A DNA stretch of 64,000 bases from a virus (lineage: Duplodnaviria > Caudoviricetes), in IMG/VR virus record IMGVR_UViG_3300011560_000001, positions 173,534 to 237,533 of that record; one strand, given 5' to 3'. This document shows, piece after piece, positions 43,581 to 53,096 of the stretch. Both the position numbers and the translations under genes were made by a program. Each line of letters starts with the position of its first letter. Position 1 is the stretch's first letter. Below the pieces are notes generated by a model. That model did no database searches and had not been told where the DNA came from. It saw nothing but the letters and a program-made list of their open reading frames with translations.

Positions 43581-46500
43581 ATGAGTACAACATATAAAAC
43601 GGTCATTACCGATAAAGGCGCTGAACGTATTGCCGCGGCGCTACTTCCTGACGGTGAGAAACTAAGAATCACACATTTTGCTGTTGGTGACGGAAACGGC
43701 TCTACACCAACCCCTGATATTAGCCAAACAGCGCTCGTACACGAAGTTTATCGTGGGGAAGTTTCTAACATCCACATTGATGTTGACGACACAACCAGGA
43801 TTGTTGTTGAAGGCATTATTCCCGCCAATCAAGGTGGGTTCTGGGTGCGTGAGATCGGTCTGTACGACGATCAGGGTGAACTTGTCGTTGTCGGTAATGC
43901 GCCAGAAGGGTACAAACCACTACCTTCCGAAGGGGCAGGACGTGTGTTAAATTGTCAGGTATTTGTTGTCGTAAGCAATACCGATGCGATCGAATTGAAG
44001 GTTGTTAGTGATGCATTCTTACCAGACGCGACCACCGAGAAACGGGGATTAACGATCCTTAGCAGCGAAACAAATAGTGACGACGAAACCAAAGCCGCAA
44101 CATCAAAAGCAGTTAAAGCTGTGATGGATGTTGCGAAAGGAAAGTACACGGCAGTGGACGCTAGTACCACTCGTAAAGGGTTGGTTCAGTTAACCTCGGC
44201 GACGAACAGTGATAGTGAAGTACTCGCACTATCCGCGAAAGCCGGGAAAGTCCTAGCAACACAAATTAGCGCTAAAGCGGATCTTTCTAGCCCGGCATTT
44301 ACCGATAAGCCGACAACACCAACCGCAGCCGAAGGCGATAAAAGTCAGCAGATTGCGAATACCGAATTTGTGATGCGTGCTATCGCGTCGCTGATCGACT
44401 CGTCTCCAGAAGCGCTAAATACGCTTAATGAGCTGGCTCAAGCTTTAGGCAACGATCCTAATTTCGCAACGACGGTAACGAACGCGTTAGCCGGGAAACA
44501 ACCACTAAACGCGTTACTAACTGCGTGGTCTAACCTAACAACAGGAGCGAATAAACTCCCTTATTTTACTGGACAGAACAAGATCGGACTAACTGACGTA
44601 ACGACAACAGGTCTGTCGTTGCTAAGCAGAGGAAGCGTTGATGCAGTCTTGCTGTATCTTGGACTGACAGAAACCATAAATGTAGCTAAGACGGCATTGC
44701 AAGCAGGGAATAACGGTAGCGATATTGCGGATAAAGCCCGGTTCCGCAGCAACGTATCGTTATACAGTAAAGAGGAGATGGACGCGAAACGCGGTATGCG
44801 TTACATGCGTATTAATGCTCCCGAAGGAGTGGAAGCCGGTAAATGGTATCCGTTTGTTGTTAAACGATCAGGATCCAGTATTAATGAACTCGCATCACGT
44901 GTTGTTATTTCAACATCCTGTCGTCCAGCAAACCACCGCATGAACAATTGCGAATTTAACGGTTGCGTGATGCCTGCCGGATGGAGCGATCGCGGACGTT
45001 ACGCTTACGGGATGTTCTGGGCATATACTGCAAGTGAACGTGCGATTCATTCCGTGATGATGAGCAATAAGGACGATGAAGTCAACACTGTTTTCTATAT
45101 CGAAGGTGGTGCGTTTCCTATTTACGTTTATCTGGAAGAAGGGTTAAGCGCGGTTGTACCAACAGCAGACTATGTTGCTGGGCAAACAACCTACAAATGG
45201 GGTGCGACAAACCCCAAGACGGAATGTGTCGCTGCTGACGTCTTACTAGATTTTACTGCCGGAAGAGGATTCTACAGCTCACATCCTGTTATTACGACCC
45301 AGGATATTTCGGGTAACAAAATCTACGCTAACGGCGAAGTCGTTGTTCGTAGTCAAACCGCAATACGCGCGATTGGTGGAGAATACGGTGCTTTACTGCG
45401 AAACGATGGTAGTAAAACTTATTTACTGCTCACCAACGCAGGCGATCAATACGGAGAATGGAACGCATTACGTCCATTGATGATCGATAATGTCACAGGT
45501 GAGGTTACGGTAGGTACCAAACTGTTTGCTAACGGTGGCGTTGAAGGGAACATCTCTAAAGCAACGACTGCAACTAAACTTGCAACCGCCAGAACAATCG
45601 GAGGCGTTAGCTTCGACGGTTCTGCTAACATCGATCTTCCCGGTGTAAATAAGGCCGGTACGCAAAATACCAGTGGTAATGCCGCTACTGCAACCAAGCT
45701 ACAGACCGCCCGTAAAATCGGTGGTGTCGCGTTCGATGGTACAGCTGATATCGTATTGCCTGGCGTCAATGCGGCTGGTAATCAGAATACAACAGGTAAT
45801 GCTGCGACAGCCACGAAGCTGCAAACAGCGATCACGATCGGTGGAGTTTCTTTCGATGGTTCCGCTAGCATTAACCTACCGGGTGTGAACAAAGCAGGCA
45901 ATCAAAGCACTTCCGGAAACGCCGGTTCAGCAACAAAACTCCAAACGGCGCGGAGGATTAATGGGGTCGCCTTTGACGGTACAACTGATATTAGCTTTAG
46001 CATTAACGTGCTCGCTTCCAAGGGACGGGTCACCGCTTTAGCTAATGCGACCCAGGGCAGCAATACGGGTATTCAGATGTATGAAGTGTACAATAACGGA
46101 TACCCTACAGCCTACGGTAACATTGTTCATCTTAAAGGTGCTTCATCGGTCGGTGAAGGTGAAATCCTCATTGGATGGTCGGGTACCTCGGGTGCGCACG
46201 CTCCAGCTTATTTACGTTCACGTCGCGATACAACCGATGCGAAATGGTCGGAATGGGCACAGATCTACACCTCGAAAGATAGCATCCCTGGCGTGAATAC
46301 AACCGGAAACCAGAACACGACGGGTAATGCCGCCTCAGCGACAAGGCTTCAAACGGCAAGAACGATAGGTGGGGTATCATTCAACGGTACAGCAAACATC
46401 AACTTACCTGGTGTTAATACCACAGGTAACCAAGATACCACAGGAAATGCGGCGACAGCGACCAAGTTAAAGACGGCCCGGACAATAGGCGGAGTGTCTT

Positions 46501-47105
46501 TTGACGGCAGCGCTAATATTAACCTACCAGGTGTCAACACCGCTGGTAATCAGAATACTTCAGGAAACGCAGCAACGGCAACGAAGTTGCGGACTGCGCG
46601 TACGATCAACGGGAAAGCGTTCGATGGCTCGGCGAATATCACGTTAACTGCGGCGGATCTGTCTACGTATACGAAGTCAGAAATCGATACGAAATTAGGA
46701 TATAAAGCATCCAGTAGCGATATCCCTAACATGGCGATTAAAACATCCACGCTTTCATCTGGTGGTATGAACATGTCGTTTAGTGACTTCATCAACTATC
46801 TGAAAGGTGAAGGCGCATTCAGGAAACGTTATTGGATCGGATTTGGTGATATGATGGGCGCGAACGCCGGAAGTACAGGAACAATCACCGGGTTCGGTGC
46901 TCTCCAGCTCGCCGGTACGATCATTGAAGTATTCAACTTCCCTAACGGGATGGATTATACGATACGTATTACTACGCAACATAAAGCAGATTATAGCGGT
47001 TTGACAAATATGATTGTAGTGTATCATTATCGGAGCGCATTGTCGCCTGCCGGTCAATGGTTGAAGTTCGCTGGTGCGACAGGAGCGACAAACGAAGGGT
47101 ATTAA
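43581..47105 (+). CDS. tail fibre protein, P2 gpH-like N-terminus (DUF3751)
   Basis: AVGDGNG..IPANQGGFWVREIGLYD..GNAPEGYKP; DASTTRKGLVQL; SPEALNTLNELAQALGNDPNFATT. Confidence 0.92.
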   Translation: MSTTYKTVITDKGAERIAAALLPDGEKLRITHFAVGDGNGSTPTPDISQTALVHEVYRGEVSNIHIDVDDTTRIVVEGIIPANQGGFWVREIGLYDDQGELVVVGNAPEGYKPLPSEGAGRVLNCQVFVVVSNTDAIELKVVSDAFLPDATTEKRGLTILSSETNSDDETKAATSKAVKAVMDVAKGKYTAVDASTTRKGLVQLTSATNSDSEVLALSAKAGKVLATQISAKADLSSPAFTDKPTTPTAAEGDKSQQIANTEFVMRAIASLIDSSPEALNTLNELAQALGNDPNFATTVTNALAGKQPLNALLTAWSNLTTGANKLPYFTGQNKIGLTDVTTTGLSLLSRGSVDAVLLYLGLTETINVAKTALQAGNNGSDIADKARFRSNVSLYSKEEMDAKRGMRYMRINAPEGVEAGKWYPFVVKRSGSSINELASRVVISTSCRPANHRMNNCEFNGCVMPAGWSDRGRYAYGMFWAYTASERAIHSVMMSNKDDEVNTVFYIEGGAFPIYVYLEEGLSAVVPTADYVAGQTTYKWGATNPKTECVAADVLLDFTAGRGFYSSHPVITTQDISGNKIYANGEVVVRSQTAIRAIGGEYGALLRNDGSKTYLLLTNAGDQYGEWNALRPLMIDNVTGEVTVGTKLFANGGVEGNISKATTATKLATARTIGGVSFDGSANIDLPGVNKAGTQNTSGNAATATKLQTARKIGGVAFDGTADIVLPGVNAAGNQNTTGNAATATKLQTAITIGGVSFDGSASINLPGVNKAGNQSTSGNAGSATKLQTARRINGVAFDGTTDISFSINVLASKGRVTALANATQGSNTGIQMYEVYNNGYPTAYGNIVHLKGASSVGEGEILIGWSGTSGAHAPAYLRSRRDTTDAKWSEWAQIYTSKDSIPGVNTTGNQNTTGNAASATRLQTARTIGGVSFNGTANINLPGVNTTGNQDTTGNAATATKLKTARTIGGVSFDGSANINLPGVNTAGNQNTSGNAATATKLRTARTINGKAFDGSANITLTAADLSTYTKSEIDTKLGYKASSSDIPNMAIKTSTLSSGGMNMSFSDFINYLKGEGAFRKRYWIGFGDMMGANAGSTGTITGFGALQLAGTIIEVFNFPNGMDYTIRITTQHKADYSGLTNMIVVYHYRSALSPAGQWLKFAGATGATNEGY
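45561..46645 (+). repeat. 40-aa (120-bp) coding repeats in the tail fibre, about 7 copies in two blocks
   Basis: AATATKLQTARTIGGVSFDGSANINLPGVNxAGNQNTxGN units. Confidence 0.9.
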
Positions 47106-47159
47106 TATCTTGCGATTATCCTTATGGAAGTCACTTCCGTTAACACATAAGGAAATCTA

Positions 47160-47666
47160 ATGATGAAGAAAATCTACGCGATCGTTCTTGGTATGTTGAT
47201 GGTGCTTTCTCTGGGTGGGTGTGCTACGCTGGAAGGTTTACCGAACCTGGATAAAGACCTGACGCAACTGGTGGGTTTGAAACCAGTCGAGAAGAACAGC
47301 AATCTCGCTGTGTATTCTTGCTGGGGTGCAACCCAGGAATTCGAACATTGGAAACCGAAGTTCTCAACCACTGAAATCTGGAACGATAAGGTTCTGGTTG
47401 TAGACGAAGGTAGTCAATTTACCGTCGACTCTCCGGTAACCGTTTTCGAGTCCACCCAGTTGTATACCACGGTGAAAGACTACGTTGACCTGGGGTTCAA
47501 TACCGCAACCAGCGAACGCTTCTACCGCATGAATAAACCAACATTGTCTTACGCAAGTTCAACCCTGAACTCGAACGGCGATGGTGTTGGGATGGTCTTC
47601 TTCAATTGTTCTACCGACCGTGCATTGATCGCTGATCCCAATTCCGTTGAGGTTATCAGTAAGTAA
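47160..47666 (+). CDS. lipoprotein
   Basis: Signal peptide with lipobox LGGC. Confidence 0.8.
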   Translation: MMKKIYAIVLGMLMVLSLGGCATLEGLPNLDKDLTQLVGLKPVEKNSNLAVYSCWGATQEFEHWKPKFSTTEIWNDKVLVVDEGSQFTVDSPVTVFESTQLYTTVKDYVDLGFNTATSERFYRMNKPTLSYASSTLNSNGDGVGMVFFNCSTDRALIADPNSVEVISK

Positions 47667-47675
47667 TTAAGTATG

Positions 47676-47703
47676 CTCCTCCAACCCGTAAGGGAAGGAG
47701 GAG
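47676..47703. repeat. 28-bp hairpin element, exact reverse complement of 52118-52145
   Basis: CTCCTCCAACCCGTAAGGGAAGGAGGAG. Confidence 0.85.
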
Positions 47704-47843
47704 CTGCTATGGCGTCATCGTATGAAATTTCCTTTTTGAGAATAGAAACGAGGTAGAAAATGGCGATAGCGCGAACTATAGGGTTCACGTCCAGCACGCA
47801 TCCGATATCCACCACCTCAACCACCAACGTATAGGACAAGACC

Positions 47844-48485
47844 ATGGCTATAAGTACAGATAAAACACCGAATAGTGGCGCACGTTTACAAGATGGTAAC
47901 GCTTGGTACGACAACACCGATGCTTACTACAACACCATGATCTGCTGGACGTTTGATGTCCGTGATATTGCGACACAAGTCCAGAACAATTATCCTGGTG
48001 TCAAATACCTCGAATCGATAAGTGGGTATGTAAACGCAAAAGAAAAGAAACATGGGCAAGGTACCAACCCTGTTATTATTCCTAATATTCCACCACAGCA
48101 ATTTACCTCACTTAAGAACATGAGTCCGTCGCTGTGGTGGCATGCGGGTGGGCGCGGTAACAACGGTAACGTATTTTGCGACTCGCGTAGCCATACCTGG
48201 CAACCATGGAACGCGAACGCAAACTGGTCAGCCGTTCCTGTGACTGAATTGTTATCGTCGCCTTTACCCGTTGCGTTTGTCTTTAAAGCGGTTTCTGGTA
48301 AACATAACGTTGCGGTATGGAATTGCCATCTCTACAATTTAACTTTCTATTATATCCGTCCAGGGTTCCCAGGATGGGCAGGTAACGTGATGAGCCAGAA
48401 TGGCAGGGCAGTGCCTGGCTGGGTATCACAACTCGTCAGCGGGAACTGGTTAACTTCCTTCGTGGGCGGTAAGCAATACATTTAA
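47844..48485 (+). CDS. hypothetical protein (fibre cluster)
   Basis: Trp/Asn-rich; an upstream in-frame ATG at 47760 is separated by a TAG. Confidence 0.7.
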   Translation: MAISTDKTPNSGARLQDGNAWYDNTDAYYNTMICWTFDVRDIATQVQNNYPGVKYLESISGYVNAKEKKHGQGTNPVIIPNIPPQQFTSLKNMSPSLWWHAGGRGNNGNVFCDSRSHTWQPWNANANWSAVPVTELLSSPLPVAFVFKAVSGKHNVAVWNCHLYNLTFYYIRPGFPGWAGNVMSQNGRAVPGWVSQLVSGNWLTSFVGGKQYI

Positions 48486-48507
48486 TTCTAAAGGGCTGAG
48501 GTTTTTA

Positions 48508-51123
48508 ATGAAGTTACATGAAACCGCGCAAAATGAAATACTAAGATTGGTCAACGAGAAAAACGGACTTTCTCTTACTTCCGACGATGTTGTATTTGCA
48601 CGTGTTCTATCGGCACCCGAAACAACCTCCATTCTTTTTAAAGGGAAAGATGGAGGCCGATATTACAAATCCGTATTCGTCTCGATGGTTAAGCGAGACC
48701 TCGCCAAGGCGTTCTTGGGAATACCTATCAAGGTTATCATTGAAGAAGATACCCAGTTACGTGAAATCGTGCAAACGATCGCTGACCGCTACGGCGTTGC
48801 CTTCGATCTTGCGGTTGACTTCCTACAAGAGCAATTAAATAAGACAACAACGACTACTACCACAGGTCGACAAACCGTTACTTTAACAGCCGGTGACGAA
48901 AGTCTGGTCTGGGCAGGCGATCTCGAACTGACCGTCGAAAACCGTAAATTCAATTTAACCAATCTAATCCGGGATCTCGATCTTACCGGATTGAAATATC
49001 TTCATGACGATAGAACGAAAGGTGATATCGAGTTGTTGATTGCTGGTATCGATCCCGATCGTTTTGCAGGGCTTGCGAACCTACAACAAGGCGAAGTCAT
49101 TTACCCAGCCTTAGCTCATCGTATTGCAGATGCGATACGTCGTGAAAACGCACCCGCCGATATCGGTTTACCAGCGCTACGTGGGTTGTTTGAGAATGCT
49201 GCTATTACAAAAGTGGAACGTACGGATCTTGGTGATGCTTACAGCGTTCCAATTAACGCAAACGATCATTATCAAGGTACTGCCGTATTCCATCTTAATA
49301 ATGGCAACCCAAAAGGCGCGCCAACCTACCGCTATGCAAAAGGTACTCGCAATCTTTGGCAACCGATGTATTGGATTATCAACGGCCAGTCAACGGAGAA
49401 TTTCACAATTGTTAGCGAGGACATGACACTATCCGCCACGATGACCTGTCACACCGCTAACGGTCTTGCGGGAATTGAGTGGCGTATGACAGACACCCTC
49501 GATCACGGGTGTATTAGCTACGATCCGATCACATCGTTGCAAAATCTTGTATTTAAAGCCAACATCTTGTTCGTCGGAGACCAGAGGAACTTCTCAGATA
49601 CAGAGAATCCACCAGTTCTCACAGTGATTCACAACGATGGTCGTCGACAGTATATCTCATTAACACGATATGCAACCAATATCTCAGAGGAGGGTGATTA
49701 CGCTACAGTAACCATCGATTTCAATGATGCGATGGCGGGATTCTACGCTGACGAAATCATTGACTTGGACACAGTGTCTTCCCTTATGTTTAGCATGTGT
49801 TCTAAGCAATACGATGAGAACGCTTCCGAAGTTGTGTATTTAGACACCCCGGTTTCGCTCGGTATAGTTATCGAAATACTCCCCATAGACGGTGTTTATC
49901 AAGAGATGTTGGTAAACAGACATCAGTGTACGCCTCATGGTATTCGTGCAATAACCGCGTTTGATGATCATTACAACATAACACCGGAACGTGTGTTCGA
50001 AAACCTTATTTATGCCGGTTATCGAGATGAATTGGTTCATTATGTTGGAATGTCGCATTTTTACGAAACGGTTTGGGATGCGAGTGCAGGTAAGCTTCTT
50101 GTCGAACGGAATAACACGCCTGTGAATCAGCCGTGTATTAACTGGCACGACGATTTTGCCAAACGTGCGAAAAAACACGGATTCGCGATAACCATCAGTC
50201 TTAGTTACGAGCTGATGAGTACTGCGTGTCCGTACGAATGGGCGCAACAGGACTGGGAAGGAAACATCGCAGCAACCGGGTATACGCCACCATCTTGGTT
50301 ATTGTCTCCATGCAACCAGTATGCGATGGCATGGCTCGGAGACGTGTTAACAACGTTTGCTGATATCATCTACCCTCATGTGCAGGATATTTGCGTGCAG
50401 GTGGGCGAACCATGGTGGTGGATCAACACAGCGAACAACAAACCGTGTATCTACGATTACCAAACCAAACTGGCTTTCAATAACCAATATCCTGACAAAT
50501 ACGCTGCAGACATCGGCGATATCAATAACCCGCTATCTGGCGGTGATTACGATCTCTACGTCGAATTCTGCAATGAGCAGTTAGGCTACAGTTGCTGGAA
50601 TCTGGTAAACAGGGTAAAATCGAAATACACGCAGATCAAAACCGGGGTGCTTCCGTTCTTACCGACAATCATGTCAAATGCGTTTACGGAGAAACTGAAC
50701 CTTCCCAAAGCGTGGTATAATCCAGAGAAATTCGATCGGTTCTATTCGGAGTGCTATGATTGGATTATTGAAACCCATGTTACTAAAGCCGAACAAGCAA
50801 TCACCGTCCCACGTGATACGCTTGGTTTCCCTGTTAATCAGATCCACTATTACCTGGGCTTCGTACCCGGTGAGGATCTCGCACCGCTTTATGGGTTCGA
50901 TGTCAAAACCCCGTATAAACGTGAACTCTGGAAACGTATCATGGGTAACTACGCCAATAACCTGGATATGTTTGAAGGACTCACTCAGTACATCTGGGCA
51001 TACCCACAGTTCATCGGCGATAGCATCGTTCCCGGTCTGGTTCCCGAAGAGTTCTATTTCTTAGGAAAACGTTATGATATCATTCGTACGGACGTTCCTT
51101 TTGATTTTACGCCGGACGTATAA
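48508..51123 (+). CDS. virion appendage protein: anchor domain plus N4 gp65-like (non-contractile sheath) TIM-barrel domain
   Basis: Anchor domain, then VHYVGMSHF, SLSYEL, TGYTPPS.LLSP, QVGEPWWW, YDW, WAYPQ. Confidence 0.65.
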   Translation: MKLHETAQNEILRLVNEKNGLSLTSDDVVFARVLSAPETTSILFKGKDGGRYYKSVFVSMVKRDLAKAFLGIPIKVIIEEDTQLREIVQTIADRYGVAFDLAVDFLQEQLNKTTTTTTTGRQTVTLTAGDESLVWAGDLELTVENRKFNLTNLIRDLDLTGLKYLHDDRTKGDIELLIAGIDPDRFAGLANLQQGEVIYPALAHRIADAIRRENAPADIGLPALRGLFENAAITKVERTDLGDAYSVPINANDHYQGTAVFHLNNGNPKGAPTYRYAKGTRNLWQPMYWIINGQSTENFTIVSEDMTLSATMTCHTANGLAGIEWRMTDTLDHGCISYDPITSLQNLVFKANILFVGDQRNFSDTENPPVLTVIHNDGRRQYISLTRYATNISEEGDYATVTIDFNDAMAGFYADEIIDLDTVSSLMFSMCSKQYDENASEVVYLDTPVSLGIVIEILPIDGVYQEMLVNRHQCTPHGIRAITAFDDHYNITPERVFENLIYAGYRDELVHYVGMSHFYETVWDASAGKLLVERNNTPVNQPCINWHDDFAKRAKKHGFAITISLSYELMSTACPYEWAQQDWEGNIAATGYTPPSWLLSPCNQYAMAWLGDVLTTFADIIYPHVQDICVQVGEPWWWINTANNKPCIYDYQTKLAFNNQYPDKYAADIGDINNPLSGGDYDLYVEFCNEQLGYSCWNLVNRVKSKYTQIKTGVLPFLPTIMSNAFTEKLNLPKAWYNPEKFDRFYSECYDWIIETHVTKAEQAITVPRDTLGFPVNQIHYYLGFVPGEDLAPLYGFDVKTPYKRELWKRIMGNYANNLDMFEGLTQYIWAYPQFIGDSIVPGLVPEEFYFLGKRYDIIRTDVPFDFTPDV

Positions 51124-51144
51124 CACGTTGGAGGTGGTGCCTAC

Positions 51145-51714
51145 ATGAAAGTAAAAGACCTTTACAAAATAAAACCGCAGACGATGGGTACTGCGAGCTT
51201 GGTTCTCGTTGACGGACGCTCCCTGGTTGATGCGCTTAATAGTTACGACAACATTAATATCCCTGTCGGTCAACGATTAAGTATTCAGCGGTTAAAGAAG
51301 CATCTTGATGATGCCGGATTGGCTCCTGACATGCGAAAAGAAATCGAAGACTTGGAAATCGATGATACGAGTTCCGTTGAAGGTAATCTTCCTGATCTTA
51401 CCGCTTTTCAGGATAACGCCAATCAGCCAGCCATCCAAAACTTCGTTGTTGTCGTTGCAACAATCTCTCTCTTTTTAGTGACGATAGTATACACTGGTAT
51501 CTGGGCATGGCTTGCGTTCATCGCACAAACCAAACCGAGTATTAACCATCTGTTTGTTCTGGCTGCTTGCTGGACGATGGTGATCTGGAAATCGCAGGGC
51601 ATCATCAGTCGCGAACGTCGTGATTTGATGTCGGTTATCGTCGGCGATGCGCCAAGTAAAAATCGCTTTTGGGATAATATCGAAAGCCTGGGTAAAGTGA
51701 TGAAGAATCGTTGA
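51145..51714 (+). CDS. membrane protein (2 TM segments)
   Basis: GGAGG SD; C-terminal hydrophobic helices. Confidence 0.75.
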   Translation: MKVKDLYKIKPQTMGTASLVLVDGRSLVDALNSYDNINIPVGQRLSIQRLKKHLDDAGLAPDMRKEIEDLEIDDTSSVEGNLPDLTAFQDNANQPAIQNFVVVVATISLFLVTIVYTGIWAWLAFIAQTKPSINHLFVLAACWTMVIWKSQGIISRERRDLMSVIVGDAPSKNRFWDNIESLGKVMKNR

Positions 51715-51723
51715 GGGTAACGC

Positions 51724-52098
51724 ATGGCTGATACCACCCCACCATGGATAGATCTGAATGTGCATCTTGTTTGGCGTTACGCTGGACGCTACACCCACGC
51801 GCACGATTTTAATGACGGTAAACTTAGTTATTACAGCATCGCTTTTACCGAAGCACAAATACGGGCATGGTTCGCTCAACTGAATTATCCCGATTTGATT
51901 GCAAAGAAAAGCTATTCAATGTCAAGAACGCGATTAACTGTGACGTTGGAGCTGTTCAATAAATCAACGTGGGTTGATGCGTACCGGCTTCGTGAAGTTA
52001 TCGACGGACAGTTCCGTAAACATCGTCATGAAGTGCCATCAATGCCGAAGAAAGATCCTATTGTTCCACCGGAAGATGCTATCTGGAACGAACATTAA
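51724..52098 (+). CDS. hypothetical protein
   Basis: GAGG SD. Confidence 0.75.
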   Translation: MADTTPPWIDLNVHLVWRYAGRYTHAHDFNDGKLSYYSIAFTEAQIRAWFAQLNYPDLIAKKSYSMSRTRLTVTLELFNKSTWVDAYRLREVIDGQFRKHRHEVPSMPKKDPIVPPEDAIWNEH

Positions 52099-52099
52099 T

Positions 52100-52154
52100 A
52101 GCATAACAGCATATTCCCTCCTCCTTCCCTTACGGGTTGGAGGAGGGTTATGCT
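52100..52154. terminator. hairpin-TTATGC element between convergent genes
   Basis: AGCATAAC...CCCTCCTCC-TT-CCC-TTAC-GGG-TT-GGAGGAGGG-TTATGCT. Confidence 0.75.
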
Positions 52155-52163
52155 ATCTTTGCA

Positions 52164-52673
52164 TTAGAACAAGTAGAAATGAACGTTCGGCACGGTGGCA
52201 AGATACTGTTTGATTTGTGCGCGCACCCATTGAGGCTGGATTGTTTCAGATTGTCCGTAACCGATATTACCGCAACCAGAACCAACCGGAGGAATTGCGA
52301 CAATCAGCGGTTCAGCCGGACGCTGGTATGAGAAGCCGTCTCTTTCGAACTGAAGCTCCAATAACCATGCTTTTAACGCCAGTAAGCCGTTAACGATATA
52401 CTCGCGTCGTGTTCTTTCACGCCAATCCGATTTTGATGGAAACAACACGTAAGTGAGCTGATCGTTCTCGCCATGCTGATACGATACGACTTCGCCCACC
52501 TTAAACCCATCTTGACATTGCTTACGGTACGCTTCAAGAAGACCGGGCACACGATCGGCTGCCTGCTTGGCAAGACCACGTCCCATCACACCGACGGTGT
52601 TGACAGGAATAACCCGAACGTCAGCCGGTGTTTCCCAAATATCCAATCCAATCAAACTGGTAAATCTTGCCAT
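52164..52673 (-). CDS. macro-domain protein (DarG/Poa1p-like ADP-ribose hydrolase)
   Basis: IPVNTVGVMGRGLAKQ, FPSKSDWR, AIPPVGSGCG; start MARFTS. Confidence 0.85.
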   Translation of the reverse strand: MARFTSLIGLDIWETPADVRVIPVNTVGVMGRGLAKQAADRVPGLLEAYRKQCQDGFKVGEVVSYQHGENDQLTYVLFPSKSDWRERTRREYIVNGLLALKAWLLELQFERDGFSYQRPAEPLIVAIPPVGSGCGNIGYGQSETIQPQWVRAQIKQYLATVPNVHFYLF

Positions 52674-52674
52674 T

Positions 52675-53034
52675 TTATTTTCCGTTTCGTAAACGTTCTT
52701 CTTCTCGCCGTAACTTGTCCTCATCGTCGTCCAGTACCGCACTACGTTTCCGCAGTTCGTCTTGTGCGATTTTGAGTACCGTTTGCGCGTAAGGATACGG
52801 TGCTTGTAAAAACGCATCCAGCGTCATGAACTCTTTAATACCGAATCGGACATAATCCTCGATTAAGGGTTTAATCCCTAATCTGTCCCAGGGATCTTCA
52901 GCGGGATGCTGGGCAACCCATTTCAACGGCGTCCAGTCGCTGACGCGATCGTACAAGCCAAACATGGTATCGTACGCAATACCCATTTCGATGTTCAGTT
53001 TCATGCCACCGTCGCCTTTACGCGCTAATAGCAA
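52675..53034 (-). CDS. probable -1 frameshift extension of the 53097-54755 product
   Basis: TTG start without SD; frame stays open upstream through the T8 slippery site. Confidence 0.6.
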   Translation of the reverse strand: MLLARKGDGGMKLNIEMGIAYDTMFGLYDRVSDWTPLKWVAQHPAEDPWDRLGIKPLIEDYVRFGIKEFMTLDAFLQAPYPYAQTVLKIAQDELRKRSAVLDDDEDKLRREEERLRNGK

Positions 53035-53096
53035 TTCCCAGATTTTTTCATCATTACGAACAAGTTGTCCGTCATGTAACCCGTATCGCGGATCGA

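Noticed and set aside
45561-46645. CRISPR array or DGR repeats
   Set aside because: In-frame coding repeats with synonymous variation; no spacers, cas genes or reverse transcriptase seen
51145-51714. Holin assignment
   Set aside because: Two TM helices only, with no adjacent endolysin or family motif
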